Positions 8,801-17,283 of a stretch of DNA of 32,000 bases are shown here, in pieces. This DNA is from Candidatus Methanoperedens sp. (GTDB lineage Archaea > Halobacteriota > Methanosarcinia > Methanosarcinales > Methanoperedenaceae). Position 1 is the stretch's first letter. Each line of letters starts with the position of its first letter. Location: positions 9,490 to 41,489 of the forward strand of contig JAPZAR010000028.1 of the NCBI GenBank assembly GCA_027460535.1. Direction: 5' to 3'. The notes below the pieces were generated by a model that saw only the letters and a list, made by a program, of their open reading frames with translations, did no database searches and was not told where the DNA came from. Position numbers and translations under genes: made by a program.

Positions 8801-9373
8801 ATGAACCTGAAAGGCAGTGAAACAGAAAAGAATCTTCTAGCAGCGTTTGCGGGTGAGTCCCAGGCAAGGAACCGCTATACATACTTTGCAAGCACGGCAA
8901 GGAAGGAAGGATTTGAACAGATATCAGCTTTCTTCCTTGAAACTGCGGACAATGAAAAAGAGCATGCAAAGATCTTCTTCAAACACCTCCAGGGAGGCAA
9001 TGTAGAGATAACTGCCATGTATCCTGCGGGGACCATAGGGAAGACGGTGGATAACCTGCTTGCGGCAGCTGAAGGGGAAAAACTGGAATGGGGAACACTT
9101 TATCCCGGGTTTGCAAAGGTCGCAAAGGAAGAGGGATTTCCGAATGTTGCAGATTCATTTACAGAAATCGGGGAAGTAGAGCACTTTCATGAGTGGAGGT
9201 ACAGAGAGCTACTAAAGGTGGTAAAAACGGGTTCTGTATTTAAGAAGAACAGAACAGTTAAATGGCACTGCAGAAACTGCGGCTATATCCACGAGGGTGC
9301 CGAGGCGCCAGAAGAATGTCCTGCCTGCAAACATCCACAGTTGTACTACGAGGTACTGGCTGAGAACTGGTAG
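8801..9373 (+). CDS. rbr: Rubrerythrin (diiron four-helix domain plus C-terminal rubredoxin-like domain)
   Basis: GSETEKNLLAAFAGESQARNRYTYFA, the EKEHA and E..H diiron ligand motifs, and a C-terminal CRNCGY...CPACKHP Cys4 site. Confidence 0.9.
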   Translation: MNLKGSETEKNLLAAFAGESQARNRYTYFASTARKEGFEQISAFFLETADNEKEHAKIFFKHLQGGNVEITAMYPAGTIGKTVDNLLAAAEGEKLEWGTLYPGFAKVAKEEGFPNVADSFTEIGEVEHFHEWRYRELLKVVKTGSVFKKNRTVKWHCRNCGYIHEGAEAPEECPACKHPQLYYEVLAENW

Positions 9374-9380
9374 CTCTTGC

Positions 9381-9809
9381 ATGGGTCATGATGGCGATCT
9401 TGACTGTGATATCACTCTCTGTAAGGCCGTGTGCTGCCGGAACTGTCCGGTTCTTACGGAAAAGGAGTTAGTTGACCTCCTGATTAGTATCAAAAAAGAA
9501 TACGACCTGGAGCTTGATCAACAAAAGTATTTCAGGAAAGCGAAAGGAGAGCATGGGCTCTACTTTGCGATGAAGATGATCAAGGGACAGTGCATCTTTT
9601 TGAATAAGGAGAAACGCTGCCGGATCTACAGATGCCGCCCGAAATTGTGCGAGCTGTATCCGGCTGTTGATTTTGATGCAGTGGACCCAACATGTCCGAA
9701 TATCATAAAGAACAAATTGACCCCAGAGACGCTAACAGTTCTGAAACAGCGCTATGCGGTTGAGATCGATGAGAGGATAAGAAAGGAGCAGACCTTCAGG
9801 TTTATCTGA
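9381..9809 (+). CDS. YkgJ/UPF0153-family Cys-rich (Fe-S or Zn binding) protein
   Basis: The start is set at ATG 9381, 8 nt after the rbr stop. It has an N-terminal C..CC..C cluster (LCKAVCCRNCP) and a C-terminal GQCIFLNKEKRCRIYRCRPKLCELYP, which matches the family pattern C.FL...C.IY..RP..C..YP. Confidence 0.7.
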   Translation: MGHDGDLDCDITLCKAVCCRNCPVLTEKELVDLLISIKKEYDLELDQQKYFRKAKGEHGLYFAMKMIKGQCIFLNKEKRCRIYRCRPKLCELYPAVDFDAVDPTCPNIIKNKLTPETLTVLKQRYAVEIDERIRKEQTFRFI

Positions 9810-9811
9810 CA

Positions 9812-10102
9812 TCAGAGTTCGGTTATCTTGATCGCGTGCACTGGACACTGGGCTTCGCATGCCCTGCAGAAGATGCAGTCCGGCTCTCTCACAGGATCGG
9901 ACTTGCGGGGTGATGCAGGATGTCCGGGGGTATCGACCCATTCGAACACACTCACGGGGCAGACCGAAATGCAGATGCCGTCGCCCTCGCAGCAGTCATG
10001 GTCCAGCGCGACTTGGGTGCCGTGTACGCCAAGCTTTTCAGGAGGCTTCACTTCACCTCTTACCTTGTGGCTGTTGTGTTCGCCCGCAACAGGCTTTTTC
10101 AT
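9812..10102 (-). CDS. fdx: Dicluster ferredoxin of the Sulfolobus-type (7Fe-like)
   Basis: The segment CCEGDGICISVCPVSVFEWVDTPGHPASPRKSDPVREPDCIFCRACEAQCPVHAI closely follows the F.W.DTPGHPAS..K.DP..E..CIFC.AC...CP pattern of crenarchaeal ferredoxins as I recall them. The second cluster motif is the canonical CxxCxxCxxxCP. Confidence 0.85.
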   Translation of the reverse strand: MKKPVAGEHNSHKVRGEVKPPEKLGVHGTQVALDHDCCEGDGICISVCPVSVFEWVDTPGHPASPRKSDPVREPDCIFCRACEAQCPVHAIKITEL

Positions 10103-10329
10103 AAAATCCGGATCTATTGGAATTTTCCCACCTCAAGAAGAAATGGATTTTTGAGCTAATAATAGTTTGGTCATCAGAGGATTTCGTATTTCAAGTTTTG
10201 AAAATCAGCGCATATCCATAGAAATCCGGTTCTTATTGATGTGTCAACGATAAAAATTGAACAAGTTTAAGCCCATGAAAATAGAAACGGGTTGCCCTAT
10301 CAGTAGAGACGTCAACACCAGACCATAAC

Positions 10330-11370
10330 TCAGGGCAATACAAAAAGTCCCTTCGAGGTCTTTATAATTTTAACCTCATCTCCCTGCTCCGCGCTCAGGA
10401 ACTCCGGTCGTTTAATCGTAACGGTCTCATACGTCTCAGGGTCCAGCACCTGGATCGTTGATCTCTCATCTACCACGAGCACTGCAGGGACCGCATCCTC
10501 TCTCCTGCCTAATTTTCGCACATCCATCAGGCTTTCGAAGCTCTCAATGAACCTTCTGCCTGTAACGATATCGACACCGCTCAAATGCTTTCCGCAGCTC
10601 TGTACCTCGATCACCTTATCGTCCGCGTCTATTATGTCCCCCTTCACGAACTCAGGAAGGCGGAGCGCAAATGTGATGCGGTAAAGATCCTCTCCGTTTT
10701 TCTGGCCTACAAGTTTCGGCGATTCAGCGAACCTGCCGCCGAATGCTTCGATTATGGCTCTGCATATCTGTTTTCCGAGCTTTGAGAGCCCCACATAAAG
10801 ATCGATGCCCTCTTCAAGTTTTTCCGTCTTCGCGATAAATGCAAGCCTGTCTCCCTTTTCCTGCGCGCGCGATGCGACATCTTCTGCGATTGCTTGGCAT
10901 TTTTTAAGTTCCTCTTTCGTGGGTATCCTATTGTCCGCCCTTATCTGGACGATCCCTTCAAAATAACCCCCCGATATCCTGCTACATGTATCGCAGGTTT
11001 CCCAGTTTACCCGGACTTCTGCATCCTGTGCATCTTCTATCTGCACTTCCCGGATTTTCGCTCTTCCTTTTATGTTCACGCGGTATCTGGAATAGTCAAG
11101 CTGTTTGGGGGATATTGTGAGCTCAAGGTTCGAAGCCTCTTTATTTACATTGAGATTATCCTTTACAGAATCAATGATCGTCTGCTTCTCATCTTCTTTT
11201 AACGCCCATTTGCCCTTCTTGTAAACAGAACCGCATGTCGGGCATATCCGCACGCTAACGACTTCGGGGCATTCGATCAATTTTTTGTTGCCAATGAAGC
11301 ATTTCCCGCATACATTGTCATGAAAAATATCGGCTTCATTGCCGCATTTCGGGCAGAATAAATTACTCAT
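10330..11370 (-). CDS. NMD3-family protein (archaeal homologue of the 60S export adaptor)
   Basis: N-terminal Cys pairs (CPKCGN...CGKCF, CPTCGS, CDTCSR) are followed by a domain of about 250 aa, with size (346 aa) and layout as in the archaeal NMD3 family. It overlaps the upstream epimerase gene by 8 nt. Confidence 0.65.
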   Translation of the reverse strand: MSNLFCPKCGNEADIFHDNVCGKCFIGNKKLIECPEVVSVRICPTCGSVYKKGKWALKEDEKQTIIDSVKDNLNVNKEASNLELTISPKQLDYSRYRVNIKGRAKIREVQIEDAQDAEVRVNWETCDTCSRISGGYFEGIVQIRADNRIPTKEELKKCQAIAEDVASRAQEKGDRLAFIAKTEKLEEGIDLYVGLSKLGKQICRAIIEAFGGRFAESPKLVGQKNGEDLYRITFALRLPEFVKGDIIDADDKVIEVQSCGKHLSGVDIVTGRRFIESFESLMDVRKLGRREDAVPAVLVVDERSTIQVLDPETYETVTIKRPEFLSAEQGDEVKIIKTSKGLFVLP

Positions 11371-12307
11371 CCTTTAATGAACTCCGAACCGCCTCAACGA
11401 TACTGTTCCTGGAATTGTGGACCGGTTCCCAGCCAAGCTCCTGAATCTTATCTATAGAAAGCACCATGCTTGGAACATCGCCTTTCCATCCTCGCTTCCC
11501 CCCTGTGTAGTGGAATTTGACATTTTTTAAACCCATTTCTTCAACGATTATTTCCCCTATCCCGGTAGCGTTAATGGCATCTGCCGAGCCAACATTAAAA
11601 ATATTTACCATATCGTGAGATTCCTTCACCGCGAATAGCATCGCATCGACACAGTCTGAGACATGGAGATATGATTTTCGCTGCTGACCGTCCCCCAGGA
11701 TTTCAAGGTTGTGAGGATCATCCCTGAGTTTCTTTATAAAATCCACGATTATCCCGTGAGTACCCCGGGGGCCTACGATGTTGGCAAAACGGAAAATCCA
11801 TGCCCTCAATCCAAATGTACCACAAAAAGAAGTTACGAGAGCTTCACAGGCAAGTTTTGATGCGCCGTATAATGATATCGGGATAAGCGGCCCATAAGAT
11901 TCAGGCGTGGGTATAATGCCGGCTTCTCCATACACCGTGGATGTTGAGGTGAACGCGATATTTTTTTGCCCGTTCATTCGCATGGATTCAAGGACGTTAT
12001 ATGTTGCAATTATGTTCTGCTCAAGATGCACCCTGGTATTTTCTGCGCCCAATCTGACATCGGGATTTGCCGCCAGATGAAATATCATATCCGCGCCATC
12101 GATTGCTTTTCTGAGCTTTTCTGGCTCCGTCAGGTCGGCTTTGATGAAGCTGAAATTCCCATTCGAGGTATGAGCATTAAGGAATTCCAGTTTCCCTGAA
12201 CTCAGGTTATCTATAACAGTTACCTTGTTACCCTCTGAAAGCAGTTTGTCCACCAGATTACTTCCTATGAAGCCTGCCCCTCCTGTTACCGCTATATTTC
12301 GTTTCAT
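11363..12307 (-). CDS. NAD-dependent nucleotide-sugar epimerase/dehydratase (extended SDR)
   Basis: Rossmann motif VTGGAGFIGSNLVDKLL, the catalytic YGASK (YxxxK), and a length of 314 aa. Confidence 0.85.
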   Translation of the reverse strand: MKRNIAVTGGAGFIGSNLVDKLLSEGNKVTVIDNLSSGKLEFLNAHTSNGNFSFIKADLTEPEKLRKAIDGADMIFHLAANPDVRLGAENTRVHLEQNIIATYNVLESMRMNGQKNIAFTSTSTVYGEAGIIPTPESYGPLIPISLYGASKLACEALVTSFCGTFGLRAWIFRFANIVGPRGTHGIIVDFIKKLRDDPHNLEILGDGQQRKSYLHVSDCVDAMLFAVKESHDMVNIFNVGSADAINATGIGEIIVEEMGLKNVKFHYTGGKRGWKGDVPSMVLSIDKIQELGWEPVHNSRNSIVEAVRSSLKDE

Positions 12308-12413
12308 AAATATTTCATAAAAATGATTTTATATCATTAGAATTTTTTGCTGAATATAAGATTCCAAGTTGGAGTAGCAACTAATAAAGATTGTGGAAAT
12401 GCACCGCAAAATA

Positions 12414-12950
12414 TTATTTTTGACTCTTTATGCGTTCTGCGCACCCTGAAATGATCGCAGGCACTGCGCCTATCGCCGTACAAGTTTCAAGTGAAACGCC
12501 CCTGGACGTAATATCGAGATGGAACTCTGCCATCTCAAATAATTCCCGCGGAAGTCCCTTATGACCGAGCCCTATCAGGAAAAGGAAGGATTTTCTTTTG
12601 TTAACGTTCTCTGCAATAGTGTGTACATCTGTCTTCTTGCCCGGGGCGGGATGGGATGTTGTAACCACAGGGGAGCCGAACTGAGGCTGGAACCCTTTTT
12701 CCGGAAGATCAAAAACGAAGAACCTGCCCGACCTGAACAACTCTTCAAGATATTTCCCGGAACTGCCTATTGTAGTTTTATCTTTAACGAAACTTACCAG
12801 TTCCTCTGCCGTCATCCTAAATGGATAATCAAAAAGGGCAAGATTGAACCCGAAGGCGTATGCGACCGGAGCAGCTCTGGCAATACTGCGGTAATGAGCC
12901 TCATGAACCTTGATTTTATCGTATGTATTCACGATCCCCAGTGTCAGCAT
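12414..12950 (-). CDS. Putative SPOUT-superfamily methyltransferase-like protein (DUF531-type); tentative
   Basis: The start is set at ATG 12950, 31 nt after the speA stop. The C-terminal FLFLIGLGHKGLP...HLDIT...SLETCTAIGAVPAII resembles the trefoil-knot SAM-binding region of SPOUT enzymes. The assignment rests on pattern memory only. Confidence 0.4.
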   Translation of the reverse strand: MLTLGIVNTYDKIKVHEAHYRSIARAAPVAYAFGFNLALFDYPFRMTAEELVSFVKDKTTIGSSGKYLEELFRSGRFFVFDLPEKGFQPQFGSPVVTTSHPAPGKKTDVHTIAENVNKRKSFLFLIGLGHKGLPRELFEMAEFHLDITSRGVSLETCTAIGAVPAIISGCAERIKSQK

Positions 12951-12981
12951 ATTTCTAAAATTTATAGAAAAGAAGTGCGGA

Positions 12982-14868
12982 TTATATGTCCAGATACGTG
13001 TATCTGTACATAACATCTTTATAATTGTTCAAAATATCCTCTGCATCCGATTTGGATAATTTGTTCTCCCTCAATGCCTGGTTCACCTCGGATTCAAAAG
13101 TGGATAAAAGTGCATTGATATTATATTTGACATAGCCCAGGGTATCGCAATTCCGATCCCCGTTCACGCTTGTCTTGATATGCCACTCACCTTTATCATC
13201 CACTATTATGTGGACTTCATTGGCAGCGCCGAAAAGGTTATGATAGTCCCCGATGGTATCCTGGTATGCGCCAAGCATGAGGACGGCAAGATAATAAGGC
13301 CCGTTATTCAGATCATGAAGTTCAAGTATCTCCTTGACATCCTTCAGATCCACGAACTTGTCAATCTCTCCATCCGAATCGCAAGTAATATCCACAATGG
13401 TCCCGTATTCGGTTGGTTTCTCATGAGCCCTGTTCACAGGAACGACCGGGAACAGTTGCTTTAAGGCCCAGAAATCCGGCATTGACTGGAAGATCGAGAA
13501 ATTGCCAATATATTTTTTGGAAAGGAGTTTATTCAGGTCATCGAAATCATCGGATTTATTCTGTGTTTCCCTGGCAAAGCCTATGGCTTTCTCGCAGATC
13601 TGCCAGAAAAGAAGCTCTCCCTTGGATTTATCCTCAAGTTCAAGCTCACCAAGGTTGAACAGGGAAAGAAGCTCTTCACGATGCTGCAGGGCGTCATGAT
13701 AATACTCAATATAGTTCTTGATGTTTATTTCTCTTAATCCATCGTACAGGTCTTTTATTATGTGCGGCTCATTCCCCACTATTTCGACATTGCCGCCATG
13801 GTTGCCGTTCTTATTCCCCTTAATGTTTATGACAAGTACCGAATGATATGCAGCGATGGCACGCCCGCTTTCTGACAGTATCACGGGATGAGCAACATTT
13901 TCCTCGTCGCATACGTCTTTGAGAGAATAAACCACATTGTTCGCATATTCCTGGATCGTGTAATTCGCACTCGCATCTGAGGAAGTCTTGCTCCCATCAT
14001 AGTCAATCCCCAGACCACCCCCGATATTGAAATATTTGATGTTGATGTGCTTATTCTTAATTTTGGCATACACTCTTGCAGCTTCCTTTACAGCCTTCTG
14101 TATCCTTCGTATCTCGGTTATCTGCGAACCTATGTGGAAATGAAGCATCTGCAGTTGAGGGATCATATCATACTGGGCTATGACCTTTATACAATCAAGC
14201 ATTTCAGTAGTGGTCAGCCCGAATTTTGCAGATTCCCCACCGGATTCTGCCCATTTTCCGCTGCCTTTTGAGTATAATTTTGCCCGGATGCCAATAAGCG
14301 GCTTTACATTCAACTGGTTTGCAAGTTCCAATAATCTTTTTGTTTCGTTGAACTCATCGATCACAATGATAACGTTATTTTTCAATTTGATCGCGTTAAG
14401 TGCGAGTGTAAGATATTCGTCGTCCTTATAACCGTTGCATATCAAAAGGGCTTCAGGGCTCAGATCAAATGATAGCGCAGCGAGAAGCTCTGCTTTTGTT
14501 CCCACTTCCAGACCCATATTGAATTTCTTGCCCGATTTGACGATCTCCTCGATGACTTCTTTTCGCTGGTTCACCTTCATCGGGAATACACCCTGGTATG
14601 AGCTATTGTACTTGAACTCGGAGATCGAATTAGAGAAAGCCCCGTTCAATTCTTTTATCTGTCCCTCGAGAATTTGCGGGAACCTGAGCAATATCGGAAA
14701 TTTGATTTTTTTTGTGGTCAGGCTTTCCACTACGTTTTTTAGATCGACGGTCTCTGCGTCCTTTTTCGTGGGCCTGACAATAAGATTCCCGTTTTTATTA
14801 AAAGAAAAGTATCCGTTTCCCCAGCGCTCTATACCGTACAGATCAATTGCGTCTTCGATTTTCCACAT
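12982..14868 (-). CDS. speA: Biosynthetic arginine decarboxylase, PLP-dependent (SpeA type)
   Basis: 628 aa. N-terminus MWKIEDAIDLYGIERWGNGYFSFNKNGNLIVRP is the typical SpeA start. It has the alanine-racemase-fold blocks (FPMKVN, HFHIGSQI, GGGLGIDYDG, ESGRAI) and a C-terminal beta-barrel domain. Confidence 0.85.
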   Translation of the reverse strand: MWKIEDAIDLYGIERWGNGYFSFNKNGNLIVRPTKKDAETVDLKNVVESLTTKKIKFPILLRFPQILEGQIKELNGAFSNSISEFKYNSSYQGVFPMKVNQRKEVIEEIVKSGKKFNMGLEVGTKAELLAALSFDLSPEALLICNGYKDDEYLTLALNAIKLKNNVIIVIDEFNETKRLLELANQLNVKPLIGIRAKLYSKGSGKWAESGGESAKFGLTTTEMLDCIKVIAQYDMIPQLQMLHFHIGSQITEIRRIQKAVKEAARVYAKIKNKHINIKYFNIGGGLGIDYDGSKTSSDASANYTIQEYANNVVYSLKDVCDEENVAHPVILSESGRAIAAYHSVLVINIKGNKNGNHGGNVEIVGNEPHIIKDLYDGLREINIKNYIEYYHDALQHREELLSLFNLGELELEDKSKGELLFWQICEKAIGFARETQNKSDDFDDLNKLLSKKYIGNFSIFQSMPDFWALKQLFPVVPVNRAHEKPTEYGTIVDITCDSDGEIDKFVDLKDVKEILELHDLNNGPYYLAVLMLGAYQDTIGDYHNLFGAANEVHIIVDDKGEWHIKTSVNGDRNCDTLGYVKYNINALLSTFESEVNQALRENKLSKSDAEDILNNYKDVMYRYTYLDI

Positions 14869-14941
14869 TTAAGTAAATCTCACGTCCTTCAAAACCGAAT
14901 TAAACAATACCTGATTAGGTTTAAAGTTTTCTATCGGATCG

Positions 14942-14976
14942 GCTTTGCACCTAAACCACATTCTGCACCTAAAGTC
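14942..14976. repeat. Two direct copies of the TGCACCTAAA(G) motif between speA and the small-gene cassette
   Basis: gCTTTGCACCTAAAccacattcTGCACCTAAAGTc. The copies lie at 14947-14956 and 14964-14974. The same motif forms the hairpin at 15465-15514. Confidence 0.8.
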
Positions 14977-15176
14977 TATTTTGAGAACTTAACCGGCTTA
15001 TTTGTTTCTGAAGCTCGAAGAATAATCTCATCAAGCATAACGGCGGGAGTTAAGTTGCTGTTGTTCGCTTTCGACACTTCTTCCCATTTATACAGAAGCT
15101 CTTTCATTACTCTGGTGGCAGAGAAACCCCTGTCTAAAGGCAGGGGAGTGAATGTCACACGCTGTTCGTTGCTCAT
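14976..15176 (-). CDS. Small soluble hypothetical protein (66 aa), translationally coupled to the upstream small membrane protein
   Basis: The ATG at 15176 overlaps the stop of the upstream ORF as ATGA. The translation is MSNEQRVTFTPLPLDRGFSATRVMKELLYKWEEV... I recognise no family. Confidence 0.45.
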   Translation of the reverse strand: MSNEQRVTFTPLPLDRGFSATRVMKELLYKWEEVSKANNSNLTPAVMLDEIILRASETNKPVKFSK

Positions 15177-15367
15177 GGTTTTACCTTTTTATTTTTGTAT
15201 AAATAGGCTAATGCGCTTGTCACCCAAGAAATTATCAATCCAACCCCAATTCCCCGAAGGTATATGCTGCTTATAAGATGTCCCATTAAAACGAATATCA
15301 CACTCAGAACTAACTCGAATAATATGAGCGTCGTATCTAACCGTCCCAAAATGCTTTTTCTATCCAT
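15173..15367 (-). CDS. Small two-helix membrane protein (64 aa from ATG 15367; GTG alternative at 15400)
   Basis: The ATG at 15367 is preceded by AAGGTGA with a 5-nt spacer. The translation is MDRKSILGRLDTTLILFELVLSVIFVLMGHLISSIYLRGIGVGLIISWVTSALAYLYKNKKVKP, with two hydrophobic helices and a basic tail. Confidence 0.45.
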   Translation of the reverse strand: MDRKSILGRLDTTLILFELVLSVIFVLMGHLISSIYLRGIGVGLIISWVTSALAYLYKNKKVKP

Positions 15368-15464
15368 GTTTTTCACCTTTTTATCATAATGTTCTGCCAC
15401 TGCTTGAATAGCCCGTCCTTTAGGGTGGGGTTCTTTATTTCCTTTTCAAATTTTGTGCCTTTGA

Positions 15465-15514
15465 GAGCTTTGCACCTAAAGTCGGTCAAAAACGGTACTT
15501 TAGGTGCAAAGCTC
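15465..15514. repeat. Perfect 18-bp inverted repeat (hairpin with a 14-nt loop) containing the TGCACCTAAAG motif
   Basis: gagctttgcacctaaagt (15465-15482) pairs with actttaggtgcaaagctc (15497-15514). It begins 10 nt beyond the DNA ligase stop codon and lies upstream of the small-gene cassette. Confidence 0.85.
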
Positions 15515-15524
15515 ATCGGATCTT

Positions 15525-17189
15525 TCATCGCCCTCTCTGTCCAATGTATACCTGTTCAACCCTCTCTATTGAATCCGCATCATCCGCCGATTTATCGCTT
15601 CTCACATTGACAAGCCTGGGAAAGCGAAGCGCATACCCGGAATCGTAGTTAGGGCTTTTCTGTATTTCCTCAAAAGCCACCTCAAAAACTATCTTCGGCT
15701 CAAAATCCAGATGTATCCCGCTTTCTGAAATCACCAGGTCCATGAATAATTTGGTCAACTCCTCGAGTTGCTCATCCGTTATGCCGGTAGCCACCCGCCC
15801 GATCGAAAGGAACTTGTCCGTATCCGGGTCACGGCATGCCAGTAAATAGGAACCGATAAGTTTTGTTCTTCTCCCTTCTCCCCATTCCCCCCCCACAACC
15901 ACCAGGTCAAGTGTTTCCATAACAGGTTTTAATTTAAGCCAGTTCTTCCCTCTCTTTCCGGGTGAATAAAAGGAATCCGGATTTTTTAGCATTACTCCCT
16001 CATGGCCTGCAGCCAGTGCCTCCTTATAAATAGTTTCCACAACGGATATGTCGTGCGTGGTTTTCTGATCGGCCAGAATGCTTTTATCGCATGTTTCCTC
16101 AAGCCTGAGCCGCCTCTCCTTCAGGGGTTTATCGATAAGACTGTCGCCATTCAAATACATGATATCGAACAGGTTCAAGAAGAGAGGTATCTCAAGTGCA
16201 GTTTCTGAGATATCGTACTTTCGCCTGAAACGTTTCAGGATTTCCTGGAAAGCCATTGGGCGTTTGTCTTTACCAAGAGCTACTGCTTCACCATCAAGAA
16301 TGACCCTTTGTGCAAAAACATTTGATCTTACGGATTTCACGATATCAGGTAGTGAAGACGTTACATTCTCAAGTTTGCGCGAATAGATGACAACACTGGA
16401 GCCGTCCTTGTGGATCTGTACACGCGCCCCGTCGAATTTCCATTCCACTGCCAGCTTCCCCATTTCTTCCACCGCTTCCTTCATGCCGGGTGCTATCTGA
16501 GCAAGCATAACTCTAAGAGGGCGCCCGATCAAGACACCTAGCTTCTCAAGACCAATTTTCCCTTCATTTTTCGCCGTATATGCCACGATCCCAAAATCGT
16601 TTACGATCATGTATCCCCGCTCGACAAGGTCCGCAGGAACCTCAAAGGCTTCTGCGATTGCATTCCTTACGATACCCTCTCCAACCCCGATGCGAAGTTC
16701 TTCTATAGCCAGACGCCCAATGTAGGGTATTTCAACAGGCCCTGAGGCGGCAAGCAGGTACTGGAGGTTCTTTATTTTCGCATCCTGTGACCCTTTTCCC
16801 TGGAGTCGAGCTATGGTCTGAAATCGCATGTATACATCGAGAATCGACAGTTTCTCATGTGAAAAAAAACCAAGATTCTTTTTGCCAGATTCCATTGCTT
16901 TTGCTGCCGCAAGGCCGATATCTCCCGTATCCCTCACGAATTCTTCTATGCGCTTAACAGGGAGGGAGGATATTTTAGATATGGCGGAATATAAAAGGCT
17001 CGGCCCGATACCAAGCTCTTCTTCACTCCAAACAGGGAACACGCGTCCCATGATGAAACGGCTTGAGATCTCAAGTTCATTGTCATCCACTTTCCTTAAA
17101 AAATCCGCAACGATTGAAGTCATTTCAAGCGACCCTGAGATCGACTCGATTTTGCTGCAGACCTCTGCAAATTCCTCAAAGGATGTCAT
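15525..17189 (-). CDS. lig: ATP-dependent DNA ligase
   Basis: 554 aa. The adenylation motif I is [12 protein letters not shown] (KxDG). Further blocks are ILDGEAV, EGVMLK and WLKLK, and the layout has DNA-binding, adenylation and OB domains. Confidence 0.9.
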   Translation of the reverse strand: MTSFEEFAEVCSKIESISGSLEMTSIVADFLRKVDDNELEISSRFIMGRVFPVWSEEELGIGPSLLYSAISKISSLPVKRIEEFVRDTGDIGLAAAKAMESGKKNLGFFSHEKLSILDVYMRFQTIARLQGKGSQDAKIKNLQYLLAASGPVEIPYIGRLAIEELRIGVGEGIVRNAIAEAFEVPADLVERGYMIVNDFGIVAYTAKNEGKIGLEKLGVLIGRPLRVMLAQIAPGMKEAVEEMGKLAVEWKFDGARVQIHKDGSSVVIYSRKLENVTSSLPDIVKSVRSNVFAQRVILDGEAVALGKDKRPMAFQEILKRFRRKYDISETALEIPLFLNLFDIMYLNGDSLIDKPLKERRLRLEETCDKSILADQKTTHDISVVETIYKEALAAGHEGVMLKNPDSFYSPGKRGKNWLKLKPVMETLDLVVVGGEWGEGRRTKLIGSYLLACRDPDTDKFLSIGRVATGITDEQLEELTKLFMDLVISESGIHLDFEPKIVFEVAFEEIQKSPNYDSGYALRFPRLVNVRSDKSADDADSIERVEQVYIGQRGR

Positions 17190-17259
17190 AGAAGATAATT
17201 AGAACCACTCCCGCCGGGAATTGGGGAACCATATGATCGAGTTAAAAAATAGGGTAAAT

Positions 17260-17278
17260 AAAAGGGGTTGGCCCTTTT
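17260..17278 (-). terminator. Short hairpin plus T-run downstream of the cytochrome gene
   Basis: aaaaggg (17260-17266) pairs with ccctttt (17272-17278) around a 5-nt loop. On the - strand it reads AAAAGGGccaacCCCTTTTATTT, 6 nt after the stop at 17284. Confidence 0.3.
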
Positions 17279-17283
17279 ATTCA

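Noticed and set aside
9297-9380. Upstream extension of the YkgJ-like ORF overlapping the rubrerythrin 3' end
   Set aside because: It overlaps the rubredoxin-domain coding region of rbr in another frame. ATG 9381 lies just after the rbr stop and starts the Cys-rich domain.
9828-10159. Three overlapping + strand ORFs over the ferredoxin gene
   Set aside because: They are a product of the local high GC (few stop codons). The - strand frame carries the two Fe-S cluster motifs.
13180-14872. Several + strand ORFs inside speA (including 14435..14872, 145 aa)
   Set aside because: They lie antisense to a full-length SpeA-type decarboxylase and have no motifs.
15465-15514. The 18-bp hairpin as a simple intrinsic terminator of lig
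   Set aside because: On the - strand it is not followed by a T-run (the next bases are CTCAAAGG). The same motif also recurs 0.5 kb away in non-hairpin form, so a pure terminator role does not explain it. It is retained as a repeat or regulatory element.
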